Below are positions 1-11,059 of a stretch of DNA of 64,000 nucleotides, piece by piece. The notes below the pieces were generated by a model. The model saw only the letters and a program-made list of their open reading frames with translations, ran no database searches and was not told where the DNA came from. Each line of letters begins with the position of its first letter. The first letter of the stretch is position 1. A program made the position numbers and the translations under genes. The DNA is taken from assembly GCA_963847655.1 (NCBI GenBank), contig CAWKAS010000002.1, positions 705,729 to 769,728 of the forward strand, read 5' to 3'. The DNA comes from an uncultured Acidobacteriota bacterium. GTDB lineage: Bacteria > Acidobacteriota > Vicinamibacteria > Fen-336.

Positions 1-339
1 CGGCCAGTCGAAGGGGGCGTAGAAGAGCCCGTCCAGGTCCTTGGCGCCCCGGGCCGCCACCGCGTTGCCGGTCATGGTGGTGGTGGACAGGAAGAGTCGG
101 TACCCCGGGAGGCGCTCGCGGAGCGCGGGCACCAGAGGCCGGGCGGCGAGGGCCTCGCCCACCGACACCGCGTGGATCCAGATGGAGCGCTCCCCGTCGA
201 CGTTCAGGTAGACGGGGAGGCGGCCCATGCGCTCCCGGAAGGTGCGCATGTACTTGCCGGATTTTCGCCCCTTCCAGAGATACCAGGGCAGGGCGACGAC
301 GAACCCGACGGCGAGGAGAATGCTGTAGAGGATGTACAC
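1..339 (-). CDS. waaA: 3-deoxy-D-manno-octulosonic acid (Kdo) transferase, N-terminal part; gene continues beyond the window start
   Basis: The minus-strand translation of 1-339 reads VYILYSILLAVGFVVALPWYLWKGRKSGKYMRTFRERMGRLPVYLNVDGERSIWIHAVSVGEALAARPLVPALRERLPGYRLFLSTTTMTGN, which matches the conserved KdtA/WaaA N-terminus (IWIHxVSVGE). It is absent from the ORF track because it is truncated at the edge. A GTG start lies at 339 (alternative at 351). Confidence 0.6.
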   Translation of the reverse strand, partial: MYILYSILLAVGFVVALPWYLWKGRKSGKYMRTFRERMGRLPVYLNVDGERSIWIHAVSVGEALAARPLVPALRERLPGYRLFLSTTTMTGNAVAARGAKDLDGLFYAPFDWP

Positions 340-522
340 GCGGTCCCTCACGGACCGAGGTCCGGTCCGCTCGAACGCTCGCAAGTATAACGTCACACGG
401 TGGAACGCCTACCGAACGCCCAATCCGTCCAAACTGGCCCGAATCCTGCAATGTCATGGAGGCGACAGGTCTCATGCGCGCAGGGTTTGCGCGCCAGTCG
501 GACCCATCAGGAGGATGTTTCG

Positions 523-768
523 ATGGCGATGAAGATCGTTGAGGAATGCATCAACTGCGGCGCGTGTGAGCCGGAGTGCCCGAACCAGGCCATCACGGCC
601 GGTGACGACATCTACATCATCGACCCCGAGAAGTGCACCGAATGCGTCGGCGCCTTCGACGAGCCCCGCTGCGTCGAGGTCTGCCCGGTGGACGACTGCA
701 TCATCGTGGATCCGGAGCACACCGAGTCGAAGGAAGCGCTTCAGGCCAAGTACGAGAAGATGCACTGA
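523..768 (+). CDS. 4Fe-4S ferredoxin (YfhL-like, two CxxCxxCxxxCP clusters)
   Basis: MAMKIVEECINCGACEPECPNQAI...CTECVGAFDEPRCVEVCPVD. A GGAGGA RBS lies at 511-516 and the ATG at 523. This is an internal start of track ORF 400..768. Confidence 0.8.
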   Translation: MAMKIVEECINCGACEPECPNQAITAGDDIYIIDPEKCTECVGAFDEPRCVEVCPVDDCIIVDPEHTESKEALQAKYEKMH

Positions 769-999
769 CGACCGGGCGCACGGCGGTCCAGGGCAGGGCG
801 AGCATCCTCTCCCCGGACCGCCGGCGCAGGTCGCCCCCACGGCCGCATCCCCTGCGGCCCCCGCTCAGCCTCCCGTCACCGGCGCCCGGCCCGAGGTGCG
901 CCCGGATTCTCGGAGAGACCCCCATGGCCTCCGCTCTCCGGGGGGGGAGTTGTGCATGGTGCCTCCGTTTCTCTGTAGTATGGGCCCCCGATGACGACG

Positions 1000-1127
1000 A
1001 ACGAGACCGTCGACCCCGCCGAGCTCGTCACCCACCGCTTCCCGTCGAGAAGGCGGCCGAGGCCTGCGCGCTCACTGCCTCCGGGAGGTGCGGCAAGGTG
1101 GCGGCCTGCTTCGACGAGGAGTTATAA
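1000..1127 (+). pseudogene. C-terminal remnant (frameshifted) of a zinc-dependent MDR alcohol/sugar dehydrogenase
   Basis: Two adjacent frames read ...TVDPAELVTHRFP and then VEKAAEACALTASGRCGKVAACFDEEL*. Together these match the characteristic MDR Zn-ADH C-terminus (DPxxLITHRFPLExAxEAF...G..KVxL). No upstream part of the gene is present. Confidence 0.35.
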
Positions 1128-1133
1128 GAGACC

Positions 1134-1562
1134 ATGCTGAGAGGCATCGCCCCCTGCATCAGCCCCGAGCTGCTCAAGGTCCTCGCCGAGATGGGGCATG
1201 GCGACGAGATCGTCCTGGCCGACGCCCACTTCCCGGGGCACTCGGTGAACGCTCGCGTCCTCCGCGCCGACGGCCTCGGTGTGACCGCGCTCCTCGACGG
1301 GATCCTCCCGCTGTTCGACCTCGACACCTACGCCGACCCCCTCGTCATGATGGAGCCGGTCCCCGGCGATCAGCTCGATCCCGCGGTGGAGGAGCAGTAC
1401 CTGGAGGTCGTGCGCCGACACGCCCCCGGGGCGAGGCGCCCGGCCCGCGTCGACCGCTTCGCCTTCTACGAACGGGCCCGGGCCGCCTTCGCCGTGGTCA
1501 TGTCCGGCGAGACCCGCAAGTACGGCAACCTCCTTCTCAAGAAGGGCGTCACCGCCATCTAA
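1134..1562 (+). CDS. fucU: L-fucose mutarotase / RbsD-FucU family
   Basis: The 142-aa product resembles the RbsD/FucU family (…[13 protein letters not shown]…). It lies immediately upstream of a fucose permease. Confidence 0.8.
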   Translation: MLRGIAPCISPELLKVLAEMGHGDEIVLADAHFPGHSVNARVLRADGLGVTALLDGILPLFDLDTYADPLVMMEPVPGDQLDPAVEEQYLEVVRRHAPGARRPARVDRFAFYERARAAFAVVMSGETRKYGNLLLKKGVTAI

Positions 1563-1578
1563 GGAGTCCCGAGCCGAG

Positions 1579-2925
1579 ATGACCGACGACACCACCCGCG
1601 ACCCCGTCGACCTCAGCGCCGACCGCTCCGCGCTCATCCCGGCCGGCGTCGCCGTGCCCTTCATCCTGGTGACCAGCTGCTTCGCGCTGTGGGGCTTCGC
1701 CAACGACATCACCAACCCCATGGTGAAGGCGTTCTCGAAGATCCTCCTCATGACCAACTTCGAGGGCTCGCTGGTCCAGTTCGCCTTCTACGGCGGCTAC
1801 TTCGCCATGGCCTTCCCCGCCGCGATGTTCATCAAGAGATTCTCGTACAAGGCGGGTCTCCTGATGGGGCTGGCGCTGTACGCGGGGGGGGCGCTGCTGT
1901 TCATCCCCGCCAGCCTCGGGATGGTCTTCTGGCCGTTCCTGGTCGCCTACTTCATCCTGACCTGCGGCCTCTCCTTCCTCGAGACGAGCGCCAACCCCTA
2001 CATCCTGTCCATGGGCCCGGAGGAGACCTCGACCCGACGGCTGAACCTCTCCCAGTCCTTCAACCCCATCGGCTCGCTCCTCGGGATGTTCACCGCGCAG
2101 CAGCTCATCCTGGCCCGGCTCGACGGGGCATCCCGCCAGGCGCGCGAGGCCATGGACCCCGAGGCCCTGCGGGCGGTCGCCGCCCACGACCTCGGCGTCA
2201 TCCGCGGCCCCTACGTGGGGATCGCTCTCGTGATCCTGGTGGTCCTGGTGGTCATCGGGCTGACGAAGATGCCCCGGACCGAGAACCACGGCGACCGCCT
2301 CGACATGGGCCCGACCCTGAAGCGCCTCTTCGCCAACCGGCGATACGTCGAGGGGGTGGTGGCCCAGTTCTTCTACGTCGGCGCCCAGATCATGTGCTGG
2401 ACGTTCATCATCCACTACGGGACGGAGATCTTCACGGCCCAGGGAATGGCGGAGCAGGACGCCGAGGTGCTCTCCCAGCGCTACAACATCGTGGCCATGG
2501 TGATCTTCTGCGTGAGCCGCTTCGTCTGCACCTTCCTGCTCCGGTACTTCAGCCCGGGTCGCCTCCTCATGGCCCTGGCCGTCGGCGGCTTTGCCCTGAC
2601 TCTGGGTGCGATCTTCGTCCCCGGGGTCCCGGGGCTGTACAGCCTGGTCGGGATCTCGGCGTGCATGTCGCTGATGTTCCCCACGATCTACGGCATCGCG
2701 CTGCGGGGCCTGGGCGAGGACGCCAAGTTCGGCGCGGCGGGGCTGATCATGGCCATCCTCGGCGGCTCGGTCCTCCCCCCGCTGCAGGGAGCGATCACCG
2801 ACCTGGGGCAGATCGGCTCGATGTCGGCGGTGCGGGCCTCGTTCGTCCTGCCCCTCGTCTGCTTCGTCGTCATCGCGGTCTACGGCTTCCGCGCCTACCG
2901 CACCCACGCCCCGGCGACGAGCTGA
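1579..2925 (+). CDS. fucP: L-fucose:H+ symporter permease (MFS, FucP family)
   Basis: The 448-aa product has 12 TM-like segments. Its N-terminus (ALWGFANDITNPMVKAF…YGGYFAMAFPAAMFIKRFSYKAG) is typical of FucP. Confidence 0.85.
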   Translation: MTDDTTRDPVDLSADRSALIPAGVAVPFILVTSCFALWGFANDITNPMVKAFSKILLMTNFEGSLVQFAFYGGYFAMAFPAAMFIKRFSYKAGLLMGLALYAGGALLFIPASLGMVFWPFLVAYFILTCGLSFLETSANPYILSMGPEETSTRRLNLSQSFNPIGSLLGMFTAQQLILARLDGASRQAREAMDPEALRAVAAHDLGVIRGPYVGIALVILVVLVVIGLTKMPRTENHGDRLDMGPTLKRLFANRRYVEGVVAQFFYVGAQIMCWTFIIHYGTEIFTAQGMAEQDAEVLSQRYNIVAMVIFCVSRFVCTFLLRYFSPGRLLMALAVGGFALTLGAIFVPGVPGLYSLVGISACMSLMFPTIYGIALRGLGEDAKFGAAGLIMAILGGSVLPPLQGAITDLGQIGSMSAVRASFVLPLVCFVVIAVYGFRAYRTHAPATS

Positions 2926-3094
2926 CGCCGCTGTCAGGAAACCGGCCACGCGGTCCTGGACACGGGGCCCCTCGGCATCCCGAGGGGAGGGGTGACGACC
3001 CACTCAACTCATTGTGCTGCAGTTGTTTCACGGATCCATCCCCCACCGGGCGGCGCCGGCACGGGCCTTGTATTCCGAGGGGGCAGGAACGGGA

Positions 3095-4933
3095 ATGTCT
3101 CTCTCCTGGATCACGCGCCCGAAGCCGCCCGAGTCGGTGGACGAGCTCGTCGCCGCCGGGAAGTACGGGAAGGCCGTCGCCCGACTGCGCGAGCAGTTCT
3201 CGCGGCGGTATCCGAGCACGACGGAGAGGCAGCACTACGCGGAGGTGCTGGTCCTGGCCGGACGGGGCGTCGAGGCCGTGCCCGTCCTCCTCGGCATCGC
3301 CGACGAGCAGGAGCGCTACGGCTTCCCCGACGAGGCGCTCGAGGCCCTGGAGCGCGCCGCCGAGATCCACCCCGACCAGGCGGAGGTGAAGGAGCGTCTC
3401 GCGTCGATCCGGCACGCTCCAACGAAGGTCCCGGCGGACGAGGCGCCGCCCCCGGCAGAGGACCCGCATGCGGCCCCCGACAGCCGGGGATCGGCGCTCG
3501 ACGGGGCCTTCGCCGCCCAGGCGGGGCCAGAGTCGCCGGAGAAGGCGGCGGAAGAGCGGCCCGAGCTCGCGGTCCTGGACGCCGGTGCCCCGGATCCCCC
3601 GGGCCTGGGCACCCCGCCTTCGGGGCCCCGCGGCGGGCGCGAACCCGCGGCCGTGGAGGCGGCGGGCGCAGCCGCGGCGAGGGCGACACAGCGCAGCGGC
3701 GAGCCGGATCTCGTTGTCGTCGAGGTCGAGACGATCTCCCCGGACGACGGAGAGATCACGGCGAGGACCCTTCACGACGACCCCGCCGTCGCCGGCGCGG
3801 CGGAGACCGAGACGACCGGCGCGGACGAGGGCGAGATCACCGCGAGAAGCCTCCACGTCGATCCCTCCGTCCTCGGCCCACCGGAGGCCGAGACGGCAGA
3901 CGACGGAGAGATCACGGCGAGAAGCCTCTGGGTCGACCCCTCCGTGCTCGACGCGACGGAGACCGAGACGACCGCGGACGAGGGAGAGATCACCGCGAGA
4001 AGCCTCTTCGTCGACCCCTCCGTGCTCGGCGCGGCGGCGTCCGAGGCGGCCGACGGAGACCCGGGCGAGAAGACGGCCCCGAGCCTCCGGGTGGACGGGA
4101 ACGTCGCGGGTCGGGATGAGCCCGCGACGCCGACGCTGCTCCTCCCCGAGGAGGACCTCGAGCCCGAGCCGGACCTCGAGCTGGAGGAGGTCGAGGAGCT
4201 GACCGCCGAGGACGGTCCGGAGGTCGAGCCCGGCGTGGCCGACGCGCGGGCGCTCCTGGGCGGGGACGTCGCCGGCCACGACCACACCGCTGAGGATCCA
4301 GAGCCCGACCTCGAGACCGATGCCGGGGCCTCTTTCCGCGAGGACGACGCGGAGAGCGAGTGGCTGCGCTCGCTCGTGACCGACGAGGATCTCGAGGCGG
4401 CGCTGACCGCGGATGCACAGGCGCTCCTCGCCGGTCCACCGTCGGAGGACGAGCCCGGTTCTGCGGAGGACGAGGGCCACCTGGACGCGCTCCTCGGCGC
4501 CGATGCTCAGGCGCTCCTCGCCGAGCGTCCGGCCAGCGATGGTCCGGCATTGCCCGGGGACGAGGGCCACCTCGACGCGCTCCTGGCCACCGACGCGCGG
4601 GCCCTCCTCTCCGACCGCCCGCGGAGGGACGGGCCGGCACCGGTCGGCGTCCCGGGCGACACGGGCGAGGAGCCGGGCCGTGCGGCCCCCGACCTCCCCG
4701 GCGAGGACACGGGCGAAGAGGAGACCGAGGCGCCCACGGCCCTGCCGGCTCACCCCGACGAGACCCTCCTGTTCCTGAGCGAGGAGGACCTGTTCGGCGC
4801 GCTCGAGGACGCCCCGGCGCCGCCCTTCAACGGGAACGGAAACGGGAACGGCTCGCGCGCGAATCGCCCCCAGGGTGAGGGTGCGGACGGGGCGGTCGAG
4901 GACGCGACCCTCCGCGAGGGGGTGGAGGCGTAG
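3095..4933 (+). CDS. hypothetical acidic protein with a helical N-terminal domain and a long low-complexity tandem-repeat region
   Basis: The ORF has an ATG at 3095 (MSLSWITRPKPP…). It contains five ~20-aa repeats (D[DE]GEITARSL.VDPSVLG…ETET) and a second repeat (EDEGHLDALLGADAQALLAERPASDGPALPGD, x2-3). The product is very D/E-rich. Confidence 0.5.
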   Translation: MSLSWITRPKPPESVDELVAAGKYGKAVARLREQFSRRYPSTTERQHYAEVLVLAGRGVEAVPVLLGIADEQERYGFPDEALEALERAAEIHPDQAEVKERLASIRHAPTKVPADEAPPPAEDPHAAPDSRGSALDGAFAAQAGPESPEKAAEERPELAVLDAGAPDPPGLGTPPSGPRGGREPAAVEAAGAAAARATQRSGEPDLVVVEVETISPDDGEITARTLHDDPAVAGAAETETTGADEGEITARSLHVDPSVLGPPEAETADDGEITARSLWVDPSVLDATETETTADEGEITARSLFVDPSVLGAAASEAADGDPGEKTAPSLRVDGNVAGRDEPATPTLLLPEEDLEPEPDLELEEVEELTAEDGPEVEPGVADARALLGGDVAGHDHTAEDPEPDLETDAGASFREDDAESEWLRSLVTDEDLEAALTADAQALLAGPPSEDEPGSAEDEGHLDALLGADAQALLAERPASDGPALPGDEGHLDALLATDARALLSDRPRRDGPAPVGVPGDTGEEPGRAAPDLPGEDTGEEETEAPTALPAHPDETLLFLSEEDLFGALEDAPAPPFNGNGNGNGSRANRPQGEGADGAVEDATLREGVEA

Positions 4934-4938
4934 CGGAG

Positions 4939-6834
4939 CTAGCGGCCCGCCCGTCCTCCCCGGTAGAGGAAGAGGCAGAAGGCGCCGGCGAGGAGCAGGG
5001 ACACCAGCTCACCGGCCAGCCCCCCGAGTCGGGGATCCATGGCCTTCGGGGCGACGCCGGCGGCCACCAGGCCCGCGACGGCCACGCCCGCGAGCCCTTC
5101 GCCGGCCACGAGGCCGGAGGCGGCGAGGATCCCGGGATCGCTCTCCCCCGGCGCCCGTGCCACGGCCCCGCGTTCGGCGACCGCGCGGACGCATCCGCCG
5201 ACGTAGAGGGGGGCCATGGTCGCCAGGGGGAGGTACACCCCGATGGCGAAAGCCAGTCCCGACACGCCGCACAGGATGGCCCCCAGGGCGAGGCCGCCAC
5301 CGGTGAGCACGAGGCCCCAGGGGAGGTCGCCGGCGAGCACGCCCTCGATCACCGTCTTCATCAGGGTGGCCTGGGGGGCGGGAAGCTCGCGGGAGCCGAA
5401 CGAGTAGGCGCTGCCGAGGAGGAGCACGGTGGCCGCCACCGCCCAGCAGGCGAAGGCGGCGCCGATGACCTGCCCGATCTGCTGGAGGGCGGGCGTCGCC
5501 CCGACGAGCCAGCCCGTCTTCAAGTCCTGGGAGATGTCCCCCGCCTTGCTGGCGGCGATGGCCACGATCGTCCCGACGGTGAGCACCCCCGCCCGGGCCG
5601 CGCCGTCCGTCCACCCGGCGGCGGCGAAGACGGTGGCGGTGCCGAGCAGCGTCACCAGGGTGATCCCGGAGGTCGGCTGAGAAGAGACGCCCACGATGCC
5701 GACGATCCGCGCCGCCACCGCGACGAAGAGGACCCCGAAGACGCCGACCCCGGCGGAGAGCACGGCCCGCTGGAGCGGGGCCATGTCGCCGGCGAAGACC
5801 CCGGGCACGACGCCGGCCACGAGCACGACGAACCCGATCCCGCCGACCACGAACCAGGGCGGCAGGTCGCGTTCGGTCCGGTTCACCGCACCTTCGGCCG
5901 CTCCGGAGCCCGTGCTCTTCATGCCCCGGACCACGGCGGTGAAGGCCCCCGCCATGGTGGGCAGGCCGCGCATCACGGTGAGGATCCCGGCGGTGGCCAC
6001 CGCCCCGGCCCCGATGTAGCGCACGTAGCGCGACCAGATGTCGTCGGCCGTCATCTCCGACACCAGCCGCTCGGTCTCCGGGAACAGCGGCGCCGGGAGG
6101 CCGGCCCCGAGCCAGGCGATGAGCGGGGTCAGGGTCACCGACGAGATGAGGGCCCCGGACACGCAGACCGCGGCGGTGCGGTAGCCGAGGATGTAGCCCA
6201 CCCCGACGAGGGCGGGCGCCACCTCGAGAGCGAGCTCGGCCCTGGGCAGCACCGGCAGCGCCAGGCGCAGCTCGTCCGGGGCCAGGAAGGCCAGGGCCAG
6301 GAGCAGCTTGACCGCGGCCCCCACCGCCATGCCCCGGAAGATCCAGACGCCGGTCGAGGCGCCGCTGGTCGCGGCCTCGCCGGTCGTGGCCCGCAGCACC
6401 TCGGCGCACGCGGTTCCCTCGGGATACGGCAGCTCCTCGTGCGCCTCCACGATGAGCAGCTTCCGGAGCGGGATCATGGCGGAGAGGCCCAGGACCCCGC
6501 CGAGGAAGGCCAGCGCCACCACCTGGAGGTAGGGCGGCACCATTCCCCAGAGGAAGAGGGCGGGGATGGTGAAGATGATCCCGGTGGCCAGCGAGGTCGA
6601 GGCGGCGGCGATGGTCTGGGAGAGGTTGGCCTCGAGGATGGTCCCGTCGGCGCGGAAGACCCGGAAGGCGGCAACGGTCATGACCGCGGCGGGAATGGAG
6701 GCGGAGACCGTCATGCCCACCCTCAGGCCCAGGTAGGCGTTGGCGGCCCCGAAGACGATCCCGAGGACGACCCCGGTGAAGACCGCCTTGAGCGTGAACT
6801 CGGGGACGGTAGCTTGGCTCGGGGGCGTCGACAT
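4939..6834 (-). CDS. OPT-family oligopeptide transporter
   Basis: The ~630-aa product is a polytopic membrane protein with the typical OPT N-terminus (EFTLKAVFTGVVLGIVFGAANAYLGLRVGMTVSASIP). The ATG at 6834 (MSTPPSQ) is preferred over the TTG at 6852. Confidence 0.85.
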   Translation of the reverse strand: MSTPPSQATVPEFTLKAVFTGVVLGIVFGAANAYLGLRVGMTVSASIPAAVMTVAAFRVFRADGTILEANLSQTIAAASTSLATGIIFTIPALFLWGMVPPYLQVVALAFLGGVLGLSAMIPLRKLLIVEAHEELPYPEGTACAEVLRATTGEAATSGASTGVWIFRGMAVGAAVKLLLALAFLAPDELRLALPVLPRAELALEVAPALVGVGYILGYRTAAVCVSGALISSVTLTPLIAWLGAGLPAPLFPETERLVSEMTADDIWSRYVRYIGAGAVATAGILTVMRGLPTMAGAFTAVVRGMKSTGSGAAEGAVNRTERDLPPWFVVGGIGFVVLVAGVVPGVFAGDMAPLQRAVLSAGVGVFGVLFVAVAARIVGIVGVSSQPTSGITLVTLLGTATVFAAAGWTDGAARAGVLTVGTIVAIAASKAGDISQDLKTGWLVGATPALQQIGQVIGAAFACWAVAATVLLLGSAYSFGSRELPAPQATLMKTVIEGVLAGDLPWGLVLTGGGLALGAILCGVSGLAFAIGVYLPLATMAPLYVGGCVRAVAERGAVARAPGESDPGILAASGLVAGEGLAGVAVAGLVAAGVAPKAMDPRLGGLAGELVSLLLAGAFCLFLYRGGRAGR

Positions 6835-6857
6835 GGCGCGGATGATACTCAACGGAA

Positions 6858-6947
6858 GGGGTCAGGTCTCGAACGTTGCATCGCAAGGGACGGAAACGCC
6901 TGGCGCGGGGCGAAGGGCGAGGGGACGACGGAAGGGGCCGGATCCCG
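6858..6947. repeat. REP-like palindromic element, copy a (one good arm, second arm degenerate)
   Basis: It reads GGAAGGGGTCAGGTCTCGAACGTTGCATCGC…GGAAGGGGCCGGATCCC and shares its left arm with copies at 10969, 20859 and 23297. Confidence 0.5.
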
Positions 6948-6949
6948 AG

Positions 6950-8377
6950 CTACCGGGGTCTCGACGCGACCACGAAGACGTCCTCGGCGGGCTCGAGAGA
7001 GCAACCGCCGGTGACGGTGACGCGGTAGGACCCGGGGCGGAGGGGGCCGATCTCGGCCGAGTGCCAGTCGTCCTGGCCGCGACGCAGGGCGACGCGGGCG
7101 AGGGGGGCTCCGCCCCTGGCCGCGCGCACCCGGGCGTGGAGACGCACGCCGGACCGGGGGGACCGGGCTCTCAGGCGAACGGGCTCGTCCGACCAGAAGA
7201 CGTCGCCGACGTCGAGCGCGGTCTGCCCCAGGCCGGACCGGGCGGTCCGGTAGGAGCCGAGGTCGATGTCGAGCCCGGCCAGGAGGCCGACCAGGTGGGT
7301 GAGCGTCGCCGCGGCGGTCTGGAGGGAAGCGTGGCGGGTGCCGGCGTACATCGCGCGGGCCTCGTGTCCCTTCTCGAGAGGCGAGGCCGAGGCTCGCGGG
7401 ACGGTCCCGTCGCCCGAGTGGTCTTCGCCCCGATACGTCGGGACGACCTCGAGACGGCCATCCAACACCCGCGCCGACTGAGGCGTGGCCTGGCCGATCC
7501 CCACCACCGGGAAGACCGCGCAGCCGTCGTCCCGGTAGCGCGAGGAGCGGCGGTGGGACTCGACGGCCCCGCGGATCTCCTCGTGGAAGGCCATGCCCCC
7601 CGCCACCCGCGAGGGGTCGAGGTTGGGGAGCGCGGTCTCGGTGACCCGGGCGAGGGTCCGTCCGCCGGTATCGACGACGGGGTAGAACGGCAGGAGCTGG
7701 TGCACCGAGGTGCACGATCGAGCGAGGCGGGTGAGGTCGACGAGGCCCAGGGGACCCTTCCGCACGCCGTTGCTGAGCGCGTCGAGGGCCTGCGGCGCCC
7801 CGCGAAAGGGTGTCCCGAAGGCGACGAGGGCCCGCGTGGTGCGCCAGCCGCCCTGCAGCTCCAGGAAGGCGCGGGCCACGAGTCCGCCCATCGAATGGGC
7901 CACGAGCACGAGGCGGGCGTCGTCGTTGCCGGAGGAGCGGCGCCACCGGGCCAGCCACTCGTGGGCGCGGCGGGCCAGGAGGCGGGCCGCGACCCGGACG
8001 TCTCGACGCCAGTCGTAGGGAAGCTCGAAGAAGTTCCGACCGGGGGCGAGCTGGAAGGCGCTCTGCAGGGAGGCGGAGAGCCGCGAGTAGCCGTCGATCT
8101 TCCAGAGCCCGGGGATCAGGTGCACGTCGGGGAAGAGCCGGGTGGCCACGACCCCGTCGCCCAGGTCGTCGCGGTCGAGCGGGTCCTCCCGCAGCACGAG
8201 CGGCGCGAGGCGGCCCCCTCGGCTCAGCGCCGCCCCGAGCAGCGAGCCCACCGAGGGACCCCAGAGGTCCTTCCCGTCCTTGCGCAGGACGCTGCCGGTG
8301 AGCCCGGGCAGCAGGATCAGAACGTCTCCGAATCGTCGCCGGGGCACGTCACCTCCCGTGGCAGGCGGAGTCAACAC
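6950..8377 (-). CDS. alpha/beta-hydrolase, LCAT/PGAP1-like lipase-acyltransferase family
   Basis: The 475-aa product has an AHSMGG nucleophile-elbow motif (GxSxG) and LCAT-like flanks. The start is GTG. Confidence 0.6.
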   Translation of the reverse strand: MLTPPATGGDVPRRRFGDVLILLPGLTGSVLRKDGKDLWGPSVGSLLGAALSRGGRLAPLVLREDPLDRDDLGDGVVATRLFPDVHLIPGLWKIDGYSRLSASLQSAFQLAPGRNFFELPYDWRRDVRVAARLLARRAHEWLARWRRSSGNDDARLVLVAHSMGGLVARAFLELQGGWRTTRALVAFGTPFRGAPQALDALSNGVRKGPLGLVDLTRLARSCTSVHQLLPFYPVVDTGGRTLARVTETALPNLDPSRVAGGMAFHEEIRGAVESHRRSSRYRDDGCAVFPVVGIGQATPQSARVLDGRLEVVPTYRGEDHSGDGTVPRASASPLEKGHEARAMYAGTRHASLQTAAATLTHLVGLLAGLDIDLGSYRTARSGLGQTALDVGDVFWSDEPVRLRARSPRSGVRLHARVRAARGGAPLARVALRRGQDDWHSAEIGPLRPGSYRVTVTGGCSLEPAEDVFVVASRPR

Positions 8378-8539
8378 GTGCAGCCATGAGCACCATAGGT
8401 GGACCCCATGAGGGTCGTCAAATGGTGGTCACGCGAAGTAGTCCTCTCATCTCAGGGGCATGGGGCAAGCGCCGGTTGCGCCCCCGTTCCGGCGTCGGAT
8501 AGACTGCGCTTTTGGATTTGAACCCGGGAGGTCGAATAG

Positions 8540-9610
<1,071 letters not shown>

Positions 9611-9647
9611 TCGGTCGCCGACCCCCCGGAGGATCCCGGGCTTTCTC

Positions 9648-9689
9648 GGGGGCGGCCCCAGGCGGGTCGCCCCCGATTTCCTTTTCGGA
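9648..9689 (+). terminator. GC hairpin followed by a T-rich tract between gap and pgk (possible attenuator or partial terminator)
   Basis: GGGGGCG…CGCCCCC stem followed by GATTTCCTTTT. Confidence 0.3.
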
Positions 9690-9724
9690 CCGCATACGGT
9701 AGAGAACAGGAGCGAAGGAAGGAC

Positions 9725-10960
9725 ATGGCCAAGCTCTTCATCGAGGACCTCGATCTCGGCGGCAGGCGCGTGATCATGCGCGTCGACTTCAACGTCCCCC
9801 TCAAGGCCGGCACCGTCGAGAACGACAAGCGGCTGCGCGCGGCGCTGCCCTCCATCCGTTTCGTGCTCGCCCACGGCGCGAGCCTGGTTCTGATGAGCCA
9901 CCTCGGGCGTCCCAACGGGGAGCGCAACCCCAGGTACAGCCTCGCCCCGGTGGCGGACCGGCTGTCCGAGCTGCTCGGCAAGCCGGTGAAGTTCCTGGAC
10001 GACTGCGTCGGCCCGCAGGTCGAGAAGGCCTGTGCCGCGCTCCGGCCGGGCGAGGTCGCGCTCCTCGAGAACCTCCGCTTCCACGTCGAGGAGGAGGGCA
10101 AGGTCAAGAACGACGACGGCAGCTCCACGAAGGCCGACCCCGAGGCGGTCGAGGCCTTCAAGGCCTCGCTGTCGAAGCTGGGCGACGTCTTCGTGAACGA
10201 CGCCTTCGGCACCGCCCACCGGGCCCACAGCTCGATGGTCGGCGTGGACCTGCCCCAGCGCGCCGCGGGCTACCTGATGAAGAAGGAGCTCGACTACCTC
10301 GGCGACGCCGTCGAGACGCCGACCCGGCCCTTCGTGGCCATCATCGGGGGGGCCAAGGTCTCGGGCAAGATCGACGTCATCGAGGCCCTGCTGCCCAAGG
10401 TCGACACCCTGATCATCGGCGGGGGCATGGCCTACACGTTCTACAAGGCCCAGGGCAAGGAGATCGGCGGCTCGCTGGTCGAGGACGACCGGATCGAGAT
10501 GGCGAAGGCGCTGCTCGAGAAGGGCCGGGGCAAGCTGGTCCTGCCCGTCGACACCGTGGTGACCGACAGCTTCAACTTCGACGCCCGCCAGGTCGGGACG
10601 CTCAAGACCGTGCCCTGGGACGGCATCGGGGCAGAGGACATCGGCGTGGATATCGGGGAGCGGACCCGGGAGAAGTTCGCGGAGATGGTGAAGGGCGCGA
10701 AGACCGTGGTGTGGAACGGGCCCATGGGCGTCTTCGAGATCCCGGAGACCGCGACGGGCACCCTGGCCATCGCCCAGGCCATGGCCGAGGCCACCCGGGG
10801 CGGCGCCGCCACCATCGTGGGCGGTGGCGACTCGGTGGCGGCGATCGAGCAGAACGGCCTGGCCGATGCGGTGAGCCACGTCTCCACCGGGGGCGGCGCC
10901 TCCCTCGAGTTCCTCGAGGGCAAGGAGCTCCCCGGCGTCACATATCTCAGCGACAAGTAG
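9725..10960 (+). CDS. pgk: phosphoglycerate kinase
   Basis: The 411-aa product has the MSHLGRP…AYTF…GGGASLE motifs. Confidence 0.95.
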   Translation: MAKLFIEDLDLGGRRVIMRVDFNVPLKAGTVENDKRLRAALPSIRFVLAHGASLVLMSHLGRPNGERNPRYSLAPVADRLSELLGKPVKFLDDCVGPQVEKACAALRPGEVALLENLRFHVEEEGKVKNDDGSSTKADPEAVEAFKASLSKLGDVFVNDAFGTAHRAHSSMVGVDLPQRAAGYLMKKELDYLGDAVETPTRPFVAIIGGAKVSGKIDVIEALLPKVDTLIIGGGMAYTFYKAQGKEIGGSLVEDDRIEMAKALLEKGRGKLVLPVDTVVTDSFNFDARQVGTLKTVPWDGIGAEDIGVDIGERTREKFAEMVKGAKTVVWNGPMGVFEIPETATGTLAIAQAMAEATRGGAATIVGGGDSVAAIEQNGLADAVSHVSTGGGASLEFLEGKELPGVTYLSDK

Positions 10961-10968
10961 AAACGGAA

Positions 10969-11039
10969 GGGGTCAGGTCGTGAATGTTGAATTCCCGTCC
11001 TCCGGAGAGGACACGATTCAACATTCACGACCTGACCCC
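10969..11039. repeat. REP-like palindromic element, copy b (perfect 24-nt inverted arms)
   Basis: GGGGTCAGGTCGTGAATGTTGAAT-N23-ATTCAACATTCACGACCTGACCCC, located between the pgk stop and the tpiA start. Confidence 0.7.
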
Positions 11040-11059
11040 GTACCTGAGGAAACCAACCC

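Noticed and set aside
1549-4753. Large overlapping ORFs 1549..3003(-), 1689..3389(+), 2870..4753(-) and 2992..4119(+).
   Set aside because: They are out of frame with, or antisense to, fucP and the acidic repeat protein, and have RG/PG-rich spurious composition.
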